Shown here piece by piece: positions 14,062 through 26,660 of a stretch of DNA of 64,000 nt. Location: NCBI RefSeq assembly GCF_006345805.1, contig NC_043006.1:92318001-92382000 (forward strand). Reading direction: 5' to 3'. The notes under the pieces were generated by a model. It worked only from the letters and a program-made list of their open reading frames with translations, had not been told where the DNA came from and did no database searches. Made by a program: the position numbers and the translations under genes. This DNA comes from Octopus sinensis. Taxonomy: Eukaryota. How positions within the stretch are numbered: position 1 is the stretch's first letter; each line of letters starts with the position of its first letter.

Positions 14062-14180
14062 TCTTTTCCATGTTCAAGTTACTATACTGCGGCCAAGCTG
14101 GGGCACCGTCTTAAACAATTTTTATTCAAATGAATCGATCGCAGTGCTTATTTCTTTTACATCGTGGTGCTAATTTTATC
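14062..14180 (-). mobile_element. SINE family A-like tail fragment
   Basis: ACTGCGGCCAAGCTGGGGCACCG is the reverse complement of the family A tail. Confidence 0.55.
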
Positions 14181-14252
14181 TTTAAGTTTGCCGAAATACT
14201 AAGTCCTCATTAAGAGGAAAATAATATAATATTATTAAGAGGAAAAAAATAT

Positions 14253-14520
14253 GTTTCCCGTCTTTCGCGATAATCAATTTATTATTGTGTGAAAAAAAAT
14301 TTTAGCCGTTGTAGGCTCTATTGTGTCACCTGCCTCTTTGAGAGATTTGAACCGTTGTCCCCGTTGTTATGAAAAAAATATTATAGGTTTCCCGTTTCTT
14401 GGGATACTGTATTTTTATTATTGTGTGAAAAGAAAATTAATTTCGAACGTTGTAGGCAGAGGTGGGATTTGAACTGTTGTCTTCGTTGAGAGGGAAAAAA
14501 GTAAAAAATTATAGGTTTCC
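14253..14520. repeat. ~130-bp tandem monomers (putative 5' UTR of a Tx1/L1-type element)
   Basis: GTTTCCC recurs at 14253, 14387 and 14515; units share TTATTGTGTGAAAA, CGTTGTAGGC and GATTTGAAC. Confidence 0.7.
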
Positions 14521-14939
14521 CTTTTTTTGAAAAACTATTTTTCATAATTTGCTGTGTTATAATTTCGACCAAATAATGTCGGTCGAAATAATTCATGAGA
14601 AGTGTGCTCTCGCAGAGAGTAATACAGGGATTGAAACAGTTAAAAAGCTTTTGGCGTTTGCCGCGGTGGCAACAGAAACGATTGACATCCTCGTAGAGAA
14701 ACTAAGTGAATTCGGATCTTTTCGCTTTGGCCGGCAGATTTTTAAAATAATTTCTTTGTAACTAAACACTTTTAAACTTCGTATACTGGTAGAATGTCTT
14801 TTTAAAACATCTTTTTCTCTTGACTTTCTTGAGAAAATTCTGTAGTTTTTAAGCTATTTGTTGTTTAATTTTTTGCATTTCGGCAATTTCAACCAATCAA
14901 TGTCGTCTGTTGAGGTGAATACAATGTCTCCGAATCTAT

Positions 14940-15850
14940 GTCAATTGGTGTGCCGTCAGGCACTTCAGTTATTCTCTCGGGCAGTCAATGCCGACAGCAG
15001 GAGTTCCACCGCGGATTTTATAGCGGGTAGTAGAGACCATGTCTGAAGACGCCTTGGTGGATACCCTGGGCTACGATGAAAATCAGTTAATCAACCTGTT
15101 CAGGAGAACATTCGGGCCGGCGTATCTCGATAATTACCAGAAATCCCTGGCTTGGCAGTGCTTCCGGAAGTGCCGTCTCGCCGACATGCCCGAGATGTGG
15201 GCAGGATAGGGAAACCGTCTTGCCCGCATTCGTGGAGTGTCCGGAATTATCAGGACTGATAGCTTTCGTCAAACAACTGATGTCAGTGATGGGAAGAGGA
15301 CAGCTATCGGCTGAGTCTATCATCAAGATCGTGCCACCTCCTTCTCTGAGCAAGGAAAGGAAGGCCTGTTTTTTCTGCGTAGTAGCCATACTGAAAGAAA
15401 CAGTATGGAAGACGCGCGTGAAAGGCATAGTGACAGGTACGTTTGTCTCTGGTCAGGGGTTGGTCAGCTTCTTTAGTTACCACCTCAATAGTAAGATCAG
15501 GTGGGAGAAGAGGTGTCTGTCACGGGGTATATTTGTTAAAAGAAGGAAACCTGTGGAAAGTAAGTTGGGTGTGATTGGCACCAAGTAAGTGCATTCAAGA
15601 TGAAAAGTAAAGGTTCTACCCAGGTGGCGGGATGCCTTTAGGGTTGCATTGCAAATCACAATGAACGTAAAATAAAAAAAAAATTTAAACTATATATATT
15701 GTTTCATTGTTTCATATATATTGTCTCATTAGTCACCTATCATCCGAATCTGTTTTTTAATCGATTAACAGCTACTTCACCTTTTTATGTTTGTTTGTCT
15801 TTGTTCGTCCCCTCTTTGTAATGGCGTCATGGCAAATTTGATGAAATAGA
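14940..15850 (+). mobile_element. Tx1/L1-clade LINE ORF2 C-terminus and 3' UTR (deleted, frameshifted)
   Basis: Translations: LINLFRRTFGPAYLDNYQKSLAWQCFR, then SPTCPRCGQDRETVLPAFVEC (C-terminal CCHC-type motif), LSAESIIKI, KETVWKTR. Confidence 0.75.
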
Positions 15851-16452
15851 GTAGGTTGCTGACCGTTCACACATGCGTATTTGCCAGTTACTTGCTTCAG
15901 TGAACAAGGGAAGACGTGTAGCTGTCTAGCTCCGTCTTTGAGGAAAAACGTCACCATCAAGGTAAGACGTTTTGTTTTTTTCTTGTCGTTTTTATTGTAT
16001 GTTGTATTTCTATTACAGAATATTCTGCCCAGCTCTGGGTCATTTTCGCTTATTCTTGGCGGTGTTATGATTGTGTTTGTTAACAAGCAAGTGAAGAACT
16101 TCAAGGTTAATATTTTCACTAGAGTTATCTTAGAAAAAATTGGTGCTTGCAAGCTGTGCGTGGTTTTGAACCCGAAAGGCTGGAAGTACTGTACCATGAG
16201 GATTATCAAGAGATTTGAAGGCTGCAAGTGAGCTGGGAGTACCGTGTAGCTCGAAAATTGCATTTTCTGCCGTGGAGAATTGTAGAATATTTATTTATTT
16301 TCTGAACTGCTGTCTTTTCTTTTCTTTTTCTGAACAATTTTAGTTGGACTCGTATTTTATTTCTTTCAATTTTAGTTGAACATTTAAACAATTTTTATTG
16401 TGTTCAAAGACTTTTTGTTGTTTTTGGTTGAGTGACTTTTCTTTTCCTTGTT

Positions 16453-17740
16453 TGAACTGTGTTTTATCGACATGGCAGATAAAATGATAAAAAATACGAC
16501 TACTGTTTGGAGTGGGAGATCGTCCCACCCAAGCAGTGGTTAAAAGATATGGTGGTTAGAACTTACTCTAAAGTTCTTAATACCATCACCGTCTTCCCAA
16601 AACAAACCATTGAAAAAATAACTAAGATACTATTTGTCCCCTGTAAAACATATATCCCGGGGTGTCAGGCATGCAACGGCGTGGTTGCTGTTTGACACTA
16701 CGGAGGAGGCTTGCAATTTTGCAAGTCAGCCTTTGGAAGGAAAGGAAATTTTTTTTCTCCCGTCGTACTGCAGAAGGAAGGTGATAAGAGTCTGGGTATG
16801 TGGGCTACCCCTGGGAATAGAGGCGAGGTGGATAGGAGATACCATCCGACGGGGCCTGAATGATAACGGGCCCAGGCTCTTAAATGTAAGAGTGACGGCT
16901 GCGCTCAACTGGGAGGGTGCAAATTCAACTTTGACCCTGAGGATCCCAGTGGCCGCAGGCAAAATGACCACCCCCGAATTTTTGAGGATGGCTGGCTCCA
17001 GGTATCCAGTGATTCTTGAGGGTCGCCCCGCCCCCAACTGTTACTCGTTCCGGGAGTCAGACCATGTCAAGAAGGACTGCCCCCAGGGCCATGGTAAGGC
17101 TCCGGAGCAGGAAAAGAGGAAGGTGTCCTTCGCTCTCCCATTGCAGGGAGAAACGGAGGAAGTCATTGAGGCGTTGACGTCAGCGAGAAGAAAGAGAAAG
17201 GTGAGCAACGGTGGTTGCTCACTAGGAGACGTGCAGGTTGTGGGAGAGGAGGAGGACTCTTCGGGCGTACCGACGGAGGCCCCGACTCCCGCAACCGAAA
17301 GAAGGAAAAAGAGAAAGAAGAGAAACGAGAGACGGTCAGTGGATGTCGCTATGCCGCCGACCGAACCCGATGTTCCTCCGGTGGGAAGTGTGCCACCGGA
17401 ACGAGTGGCTCTGTCAGTGGGAATTGTGCCACTGACAGAGCAGGATGAAACCTCTCTCTGTGAGGAAGAGGTTGTAATTTTCTATCACAAGGGAAGGCCT
17501 GTTGAGTTATACTTGGACAGCCTTCTAGAGCGAAAGCGATATGACTCGACCTGTATTGACTGTCCAAGTTGGCCTCCGCCGGTGACTACGGAGGTCGTAA
17601 ATAAGAAAGAACTGATTGATGTCACGAAGACCTGCAACAAAGAAGATTTTATTTTCCTCGGTCCAGGCCTGCCGATGCACGCTTCCCTGCGGGCGGCAGG
17701 AAACTTACTTGGGTGCCCGGATGAGGAAGACGAAGAATAA
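16453..17740 (+). CDS. Tx1/L1-clade ORF1-like (gag-like) protein, frameshifted near 16690
   Basis: ORF 16634-17740 has VIRVWVCGLPLGI (RRM-like), V.LEGRP and a degenerate zinc knuckle CYSFRESDHVKKDC, followed by a Lys/Arg-rich tract. The N-terminal part is in another frame (ORF 16507-16695). Confidence 0.7.
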
Positions 17741-17951
17741 TGAAAAACATATTTTAGTAATTTGTAATTGTAATTTTTTATTTATATTGATTTAAATTGA
17801 ACAGTTATTTGGAGGGGTTATCGGTCGGCGGGCGCCGGTGCCCTTCCCATTTTTTTCCATCTTTGTCGTTTTCATACACATTAATATCTCTGTCCAGCCA
17901 GCAGCTACGTTTATCTGTGTTCGACCTTCATGGTCAATTCGATGAAATAAT

Positions 17952-18072
17952 GTAGCTTGCTTACCAACCACATGGTTCCGGCACCTTGGGCAAGTGTTTT
18001 CTACTATAGCCTCGGGCCGACCAAAGCCTTGTGAGTGAATTTGGTTGACAGAAACTGAAAGAAGCTCATCGT

Positions 18073-18108
<36 letters not shown>

Positions 18109-18342
18109 GTATGTATGTATGTATAAATGCATGTGTGAGTAAACGTTCGTATATCTGTTCGTCCCCCCAACATCGCTTGACAACCGATGGCGGTGTGTTT
18201 ATGTCCCCGTAATCTAGCGATCCGGCAAAAGAGACCGTTAGAATAAGTACTAGGCTTACAAAGAATAAGTCCTGGGGTCCATTTGCTCGACTATAGGTGG
18301 TGCTCCAGCATGGCCACAGTCATGAAACAAGTAAAAGAATAA
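17952..18342 (+). mobile_element. SINE family A (5'-truncated head)
   Basis: Matches 1636-2012 and 40801-41227, including the internal microsatellite and tail. Confidence 0.88.
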
Positions 18343-18378
18343 TGACGTATACACAAATATATATATATATATATATAC

Positions 18379-18414
<36 letters not shown>

Positions 18415-18429
18415 ATGCATGCATACAAG

Positions 18430-18571
18430 GGGCTTCATTTAGTTTTCGTCTGCGAAATCCACTCACGAGGCTATAGTAAAAGATACTTGTTCATTTTGCC
18501 ACCGAGTAGGCCTGAACCCGAGGCCACGAGGCTTGAAAGCAAGCACCCTACCATGCATTCATGCCTGCACC
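18430..18571 (-). mobile_element. SINE family A head fragment, diverged
   Basis: Reverse complement resembles the family A head (GGGTTCAGG..., CTACTATAGCC, GTGAGTGGATTT). Confidence 0.6.
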
Positions 18572-19577
18572 CTACACACACGCAAACAAACACACATACA
18601 TATAGATAGATATACATATACATACGTGAACGCACACACACACACACATGGTCATAATACTTATGCATACATAAAAACACATGCATACACAAACACACTA
18701 CACACACACGCACACGCGCGCATCTCTCCTCCCTGTCTCTCTCTCTATCTCTCTCTCACACACACAGACTCTTCTATTTCTCTCTCTCTCTCTCTCTGTA
18801 CATACATACACAGCCACATAACAGACATATTTACGCTTTTCCGCCATATTTCTTTCTCTAGTTATTCTGAAAAGAAGCACTCAACCCTTGTTGAAACCAC
18901 ATTTGATACTTAAACACTCAACGCCAAGTTTACAGTAACCACCCATGCTCAAATAATTATGTACAGTTGAAGCGATTTTCTGTGATGTTGAATTTACTTC
19001 TTCAATGAAAGACAGAGAGCGTCTGTCACATGACATCAATGGAAGTCGAATTTAACATACGCTTGTTTAACATTTCTACGACCATGGTGATGAAATTTAT
19101 AAAGAAATTAGAGAGCCCCATATCGAAAGATCAACTGAGGTTATGTAAGAGGTTATATGACGTATAGAAGAGACACTTGTGAAATATTTTGATTACTGAC
19201 ATCGCCTAAATAATTTGATATCTCACACATAAGCATTTTGTCTGCAGCTCAAAATTCATTTAGTAGAAAGTTCACTTCCTTTAAAAGTCGTTTGAAGATT
19301 ACAGAATATTCTAAATATATATCACATGACATTTTGCATCTTTAGTGCTTGTCAGAGCTTAATTGTAATGTATTATCTAAAAAAATTACCTAAATTGATT
19401 GATACTAGTATTATTATTCTTAATCTAAATCGTAGGTTTCAAAGTGGGAGCTACCGCCCACCAGTTGGCTTTGAGACGGTCCAGGTGGGCGCTGGTGCCT
19501 AAGGGATGAGTAAAAGGAGGCGTTGGGTGTAATGCAGTGAATTGGGGGTCGCTATGAATTTATTATAATATTATTAT

Positions 19578-19925
19578 AGGCGTAGAAGTGGCTGTAGTAA
19601 GTAGCTTGCTTACCTACAACATGGTTCCGGGTTAATTCCCACTGCGTGGCACCTTGGGTAAGTGTCTTCTACTATAGCCTCAGGCCAACCAAAGCCTTGT
19701 GAGTGTATATGTGTGTCTGTGCCCCCCCCCCCAAAAAAAAACATCGCTTGGCAACCGATGCTGGTGTGTTTGCGTTCCCGTAACATAGCGGTTCGGCAAA
19801 AGAGACCGATAGAATAAGCACTAGGCTTACAAAGAATAAGTCCTGGGGTCGATTTGCTCGACTAAAGGTGGTGCTCCAGCATGGCCGCAGTCAAATGACT
19901 GAAACAAGTAAAAGAGTAAAAGAAT
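19578..19925 (+). mobile_element. SINE family A
   Basis: Begins AGGCGTAGAAGTGGCTG and ends CAAATGACTGAAACAAGTAAAAGAGTAAAAGAAT. Confidence 0.9.
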
Positions 19926-20799
19926 AGTATTGCATACAAATTATATTAAATATAAAGTGATTCGTAGTAAAGATGGATTAGTAGAATATAAAAAAAATTA
20001 TTTATACATAGAAATTGGGGTGGCGGCGCTGAGGGGGCCGGTGGCTCATGGAGTTTCAGAACCTCTGGCCAAAATACATGGAATGCTTTAATAATGTGTT
20101 TGCTATGTCTATCCAACAAATGACCGGTTGTACAGCTCTTCATTAGCAAACAATATTCTTATAAAGATCAATATCTTTTAGATAGAATTTCCTCTAAACG
20201 GAATATTAGTTATATAATCACATTAGACCACACACTTGAGCCTCATCGATATCTGACACCTCTCTATGATTTTATGATCAAAGATAGCCAACACAAAAAG
20301 TTTAGAAGCCATTGTTAAGTCACGTGTGTTTGTTTCATTCATTGCTTGTGTGTTTACTCAAGTATCTTAGAAACTACTGAAGGCTGGCAGTTTCAAATGA
20401 TTATCATTGATTACTACGTAAGGTAAAAAAGAAAAATGGTATTCTTTGTTTTACAAATATTCGCTTTGTTCATAAATAACTCGGATATTAAATACGTGAT
20501 GTAGCACTACTAAAGATTTTGTTAGCTTTTTAATGTTGAATGAGATATAAGCTACATTATAGTTCACATTAGTTACATATGAATCGAAATACAATAGGAA
20601 TACACGAAGAAACACATAAGCACAAAGCAAAATAATTTCTTTCATCTACAGCAAGTTACATCAAAACGATGATCTTATATTTAGACGAGAGCCTATTATT
20701 TACAATGGTGTGTTTTACGTATATTTTACTTCGTACTCGATCACATATTTCTTACTGGTTACATAATAAAACAGATTCAGTGCATGCCATAATGAAACC

Positions 20800-20858
<59 letters not shown>

Positions 20859-21619
20859 CATGTACATAGATATACAATATATGATATATGTATTATCCAG
20901 CATATACAATTCACGCAGTATTAAATTACAATAAGTATCTAAGTATTTTTAATGTATATACGTTACTGTTAAGTCAGTTATTGTACATTTGTCTAGAAAT
21001 AATATTTATTATGGACGTGCCGTGTTAAAAAATACAACAAATATCCGGATGGGGCAAAAGGCAGTCCTAGAAGCAACCACCTGAAGAGAAATGTGGTATT
21101 AGTCGTTTTCTTCTTTTTAACTTCACGATTTATATATTTATTTTTGTGGTGATTTAGCTTAATTAATTAATTTCTGTTTGATTTCCGTTCCATGGCAAGA
21201 AGTTGTGCATTCTCTGTGGTTTGATATCTCACTGAGGAGTGTGTATTGTACTTCTTTCTTTCCTACAAATGTTATTCCTCTGTCTGGTTGCAGTTTCTAC
21301 GATCAGACGCAAAAAAAACAATATCTACAACTTCTGTGAATACCTATCCTTTCCTTACTCCCTGAGTATTCGAAAATGTAGACATCCGTTTTATTCTAAA
21401 AACACTAAAGTTTTCTCTGTTCGGACGTACAAAAGATAATCTTTAATGAATTTTAAAACTTTAAGGAATACAAAAAAAAAAACGGGACAAGGATGCAAAA
21501 CATCCAGACAGATGATACGAAAAAGGGACAAGAAAAAACAAGGATGGGTCATTCGGAGTTTTCTTTCCTCAGTCGAGTTCCAGATTAGCTTTGCAATTTC
21601 GGCTGTTTATACACGAAAT

Positions 21620-22075
21620 TGCTTGACCATAACCAGTTGAGTATTCCCTTAGTGGCTGACGAAATGTGAATCTCTGATCACGAGCAGAAGTAGTGGGGGA
21701 GCACCATAGCCATGTGTTGCGAGGAAATGTTTCGGGTTTAGATAAATCACCTTTGGAAACATGGTTTTTTTTTAATCAACATACTTAAACAAGCCTTATT
21801 CAAGGACTTTTTGAGCGGGATGGGCCACTCAACCTGAAGAAGATAGTAATTGGACACCACGTACAAGGTCATGCAGTGTTTATCTTGATATGAGATAACT
21901 GTGTGGCACACATATGGTTGTAATGCATGTGTACCCTTATCAGATGGGCAGTCATGATGGGTGTACTGCTTTTCGTATGTTATACTCCAGTTTCACTTTG
22001 ATGACATGCACTGCAATCTCACTCAATAATAATACTACTAATACTACTACTACTACTAATAATAATAATAATATA
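21620..22075 (+). mobile_element. Unclassified retroelement 3' end with (AAT)n/(ACT)n tail
   Basis: Relatively GC-rich block ending CTCACTCAATAATAAT..., the shape of a non-LTR 3' tail; family not assignable. Confidence 0.45.
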
Positions 22076-22464
22076 TGACTGTCCAGGTGTGCAGGACTAT
22101 AATCCCAACGCGTGAATTACATGGAGGTGGGCTAAGTGAGACCCTGGAAAGGAATGACTAGAGTTTGAGATTTTAAGGAGTTTTTTCGGTATACACACGC
22201 GTGCGCACACACACACATACACCCACATTCCCACACATAGACACACACGGAAATGTGTAGGCATACACACACATACATATTTACATGTATATACTTATAC
22301 ATTTTCATGCATAGTGTTGGCATACCTGTTGTGGTGATCATGGGTAATTAGACGGAAGAGCTTTGCATAAATTCTGTGCCAATTCAGTGTGTGAAACGGA
22401 AAGACATGTCAAGTGAGCGGAGATATGACTGAGCTAGGGTGAAATATAAGTATTGTTCTACAGT

Positions 22465-22649
22465 TTTGAGATGAGGAATTATGTTCATTATTTATATTTT
22501 TCACATTAGACGGATATGTGCCCTCATCTTGTTTGTTGTTAACACAACGTTTCGGCTGATTTACTCTTCAGGCATCATCAGGTGTCCTGGTTGAATTTTG
22601 CTCCCAACCTTGGGTTCTCATTTCTAACATTTTTTTTGATGATATTATT

Positions 22650-22680
<31 letters not shown>

Positions 22681-22780
22681 TATTATTATTATTATTATTA
22701 TTATTATCCAAGGCACTGCCTGGAATTGAACTCGCAATCTTGGTATTAGTAACCCGCGCTCTTAACCATTACGCTATATG
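22465..22780 (-). mobile_element. tRNA-headed SINE carrying a hammerhead ribozyme
   Basis: A box TAGCGTAATGG (~22766-22776), B box GTTCAATTCC (22722-22731), (TAA)n spacer, HHR motif at 22541-22586, tail ...ATAATTCCTCATCTC. Confidence 0.8.
22541..22586 (-). ncRNA. Minimal type-I hammerhead ribozyme
   Basis: GACAC-CUGAUGA-U-GCCUG(loop)CAGCC-GAAAC-GUU-GUGUU. Stem I 5 bp, stem II with one C.C mismatch, loopless stem III, GUU triplet. Confidence 0.75.
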
Positions 22781-22912
22781 AAAGGTGTTTATATGGTTGT
22801 TTTGTTAAGTCTTCAGCATTTCTAAGAGATGTTAAGTAGACCAATGTTTCGTTCTATGTTATGAAGCTGTAAAATGTTTAAAAGTACGGGCAAGATGCGT
22901 GCAAACACAGCA

Positions 22913-23083
22913 CGTGACAAGGCTGATCCATTGCAATAGAGGGGGCTTCTCATTTTTGCCACAAGAGTGAACTGGAGTAACGTAAAATAAAGTAGCTTGC
23001 TCAAGGGCACTATGCGCCGCCAGGAATCGAACTCACAACCGCACGACCGTGAACTGTATACTCTACCTACTAACCTATGCACT
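22913..23083 (-). mobile_element. tRNA-derived SINE, family D (head and core)
   Basis: GAGTGAACTGGAG..TTGCTCAAGGGCAC..GGAATCGAACTC (reverse B box); related to 37060, 53250 and 56760. Confidence 0.7.
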
Positions 23084-24699
23084 GTCAGTATAGAAATATG
23101 GGAATAAAGAGGCATTGCATGTATTATATATATATATATATATATATACGCCTTTATATACACGCATACATATATTTATATATAATATGTACGCATCTAT
23201 ATAAATATTAGCTGTATTCACGCACGCGCATACACAAATATGCAACTCTGTGTACATGTGTGCGAGCGTATGTAGGCGAGTGTTTGCCAACATGTGCATG
23301 AGTACAATTATAAATGTGTGCTTATGTATATGTGCGCTTGTGTACATAAGTTCATATATACATAGTGTATTTATTGTATAATATACATCGATCGATCATA
23401 GATTTCTTTGTGCATCTCTTTCGAATGTTGATTTTTTTTTATATACCTGTGTATCCTTCTCGTGTGTCTATGGAATCTGAAGTCATAAGATGCATGTACA
23501 CGTGTGTATAGACTGCATATGTTTACTTGCGCGACATTTTGTGTAAATATATGTTTACACGAACTGATGAAATGTTAGCATTTAGTAATGTCAACACACG
23601 TAAAGCCATAATAGCACGTTCCTACACGTATGTACACAGAAAATGGGTTGATGTGAATAGAATAGTATCGTGTACTTAAAGGCTTCATGAGATAATTTGA
23701 TAAACCGTTTACGATATATGACACATGCAAAGATATTAACGCATTGCAAAGATAACGACAAACATCCCTAAACTCTCCGTTGCGTGTATGTTGTAATATA
23801 CGCATGGTTCGCAAAAAGCTGATAAGCACCTTAATTTGTAACAATTTAAACAATATAATTAATATATTTAAAATTCTATTACGATTCCGAGAATTTATAT
23901 TGTAGAAAAAGAAAATATAAAGGAAATATTTTACAAGTTCAATTAAGGGTATTACTCCTAACTGCATTATAGATGTTACGTAACACGAACTTTCGTATCA
24001 GAACCAACAACAACCACAGAACAAGCATGAACGGAAGTGTTTGCTTTTCGTGCAAAAGCAAATATTGAACGAAAGGTAATATAATGTATATGAAATTGCA
24101 CTCTGCTACGTTTATAGATTATAGGAAAAGATCCTGTATATACTTCTTCTCAACTAGCCTTGATTAATTCAACGATGGATCCGTACACCTCCTCATCAAA
24201 CAATAGTGATGTCGATCGATACGGCCTTTTAGATCTAATCACATTGATCTTTGTAATAGAACGCAACGATTCAGTGTATCAAATTTTATGTATATTGCTG
24301 TTGTTATGTGCTTACTGATTATAAATAGCAAATGCAATTAATAGGTAGCAGTGAAATTATCATGTTTAAATGATAGAGGTAGGGGATGATCACCGATAAT
24401 ATTCGTTCATTTTAGCATTTCTCCCAGTAGGTCATTCTGCACGTAATAATTAGCTTTCTCTCTCACGATGCTTGTAACAATAAATTTGCTAATGCAACTT
24501 CAAATAGATCCTCTATATATACATGAATACACATACACGTGCATTTGTATATGTATAATTATGAACAATACCCTTACGCTCAAACACCAGCGTAAACATA
24601 TATGTATATATGTATAAACACACACACATATATATATATCTTTCAAAGCCTTTTTATATACTGGGGCTAGAATTTCTCTTACTAATATTTTTAACTAAA

Positions 24700-25040
24700 T
24701 AGAACTAGGAAGATCATCTGGTTTATACCCCCTTACTCATCCAAGGTGACCTTCAATATAGGTAAATATTTCTTAACATTGATAAATAGACATTTTCCAG
24801 TTAATCATATTTATAGGAAACTCTTCAATAAACACAATCTAGAAATTAGTTTTAGTTCAACTACCAATTTTAGAAATATAATCACACATAACACACAAAA
24901 GCCACAACAAGAAAACAGCTGTTCATGCAGCAATAAAAAATTGTGCCCGCTAAATGGAGCTTGCATGTCCGAGACCATCATCTATGAAGCTACCATGGAC
25001 TCTATAACCACTAAAGACAGCGTTTCGACGAAGAAATACG
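24700..25040 (+). pseudogene. Penelope/Poseidon-type PLE RT-to-endonuclease linker fragment
   Basis: RKIIWFIPPYSSKVTFNIGKYFLTLINRHFP...KLFNKHNLEISFS...CSCSNKKLCPLNGACMSETIIYEAT matches the PLE motifs RKIIWFNPPYS and CNC...CPL.G.C...IIY.AT. Confidence 0.85.
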
Positions 25041-25624
25041 TGGATCCTGCATTTTTTCCTGTGCCTATATAGATGTGTATATAGATTCATTTGTACACGT
25101 GTGTGAATATGTATGAGTGGGCGGATGTGTATGTATATAGATGTGTGCAGGCATAAGAATACACACATATATATAGACGTTTTTACTTATTATTTTTACA
25201 ATTTTTCCGGTTTTTTTTCGGGGGGTGGGGGGTGTAATCTTTTTTTGTGTATGCGTATATAAACATGTGCGGGTATGTACATATATGGACGTGTGTGTGT
25301 ATGCGTGCATAAGGGCATGTCCGTATATGAATGTGGTTTTACGCTTTGTATATTTCCTTATGTTTTTTCTGTATTGTTACATTTAACCATGTTTTTTCTT
25401 GTGCTTGTGCGTATATAGACGCATGTATGAACCTTTGCGGTATGCGTGTGTGTGTATGAGTTTGTATATATATGTATATACATTTGGTGAAAAATGCGAC
25501 TGAAGATGTGTACGTGTTCATAGTGACGTATACGTACGCACGTGGATACGCGAGCGCACTTATGAGCGTATGAGTAGCCATGCTTACGTGTTTACTATGA
25601 ACTTTTAACCTTAATTTATATAAG

Positions 25625-25859
25625 TAGCGGAATTATAACACAGTAATTTCCCTTTGTATAACGGTCTTTTTTCATAGCGTTTTTCAGATGGCCAGATAAC
25701 CAAAGAGATGATGTTGTGGATTCCACCCCCCGGCATCCGAAACTCAGAGTTTCATCTTGGCTATTGAATAATGGTAACATATTAATTTACTGATAAATTT
25801 CCACTATTTACATGATATTGAGGTCTCTTTCTTTCTTTTATTATCTTACCTTTTTTACC
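25625..25859 (+). mobile_element. TA-flanked repeat with degenerate HHR-like motif
   Basis: GATGTTG...CGGCATC-CGAAA-CTC-A-GAG-TT-TCATCTTGG at 25700-25760, but no intact CUGANGA; followed by (TA)n. Confidence 0.45.
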
Positions 25860-25860
25860 A

Positions 25861-25923
<63 letters not shown>

Positions 25924-26660
25924 GTGTGTGTGTGAATATATGTTCTTTACAATTCTAAACCAGAAAGGCGTCCACAAGTGACCGAAGACTCTTTGATTTC
26001 GTTATTTGCCTTATTTTTGCCTATGTGAGTTACAAGTAATGTTATATGTGGAGCTGTATCTGTAGTAAATAGGAATAAACGGTCTTTGGCTGCTATTTCT
26101 AAATTTTCGGTATGTGGTTAAGCAGCCTATTGCTTAACCCTAATTATATATATATATATATATTTGGAGGCGTATGTTTGCATATCTCTGTGTGCATGTG
26201 TGTGGGTTGCACGGATGGATCGGCAGCGGTCATGGCGATGTTTACTCAACTATTTCTTCAATTGAATTTCATGGCCACTTATAGAATCAACATGACGATT
26301 GTCGTACCCTTGTAGCACTTTTAGTGTAACTCATGGTGCAAACGTGTCTGTATTTTAAACCGAAGACGCAATCAATCTGACATGTTTCTGTTGCTTTCAT
26401 TTACGCAGTTCCATTCATATAATATATGAGGCTACAGGAAATACTACTTGGCCAATGGCTCAGATATTGCAATGGCATGTGGGGGCTTCAATATCATCTG
26501 TCGACGCAGCATGCAGACACATCTTGAAATCCATTAATATTGATACGTGTATATATGTATATATTTCTGGGTTCGTGGCTTATCAATGTATGAATACTAC
26601 AATTTCGCACAATGTATAAAAATACAAAGAAACATATATATATATACATATATATATAAT

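Noticed and set aside
15690-16250. snRNA/tRNA/5S target sequence for the Tx1-like elements
   Set aside because: No U2, tRNA or 5S fragments recognised at the junctions.
15087-17567. Minus-strand ORFs over the Tx1-like region, and plus-strand ORFs over the RTE (32387-34803)
   Set aside because: Antisense shadows of TE coding frames.
20098-20151. 8-bp stem GTTTGCTA/TAGCAAAC with adjacent ATGAAGA on minus
   Set aside because: Core C3 is missing and there is no GAAA or stem III; not supportable as an HHR.
21070-21100. ACCAC-CTGAAGA-GAAAT-GTGGT
   Set aside because: Stems II and III are entirely absent; likely coincidence.
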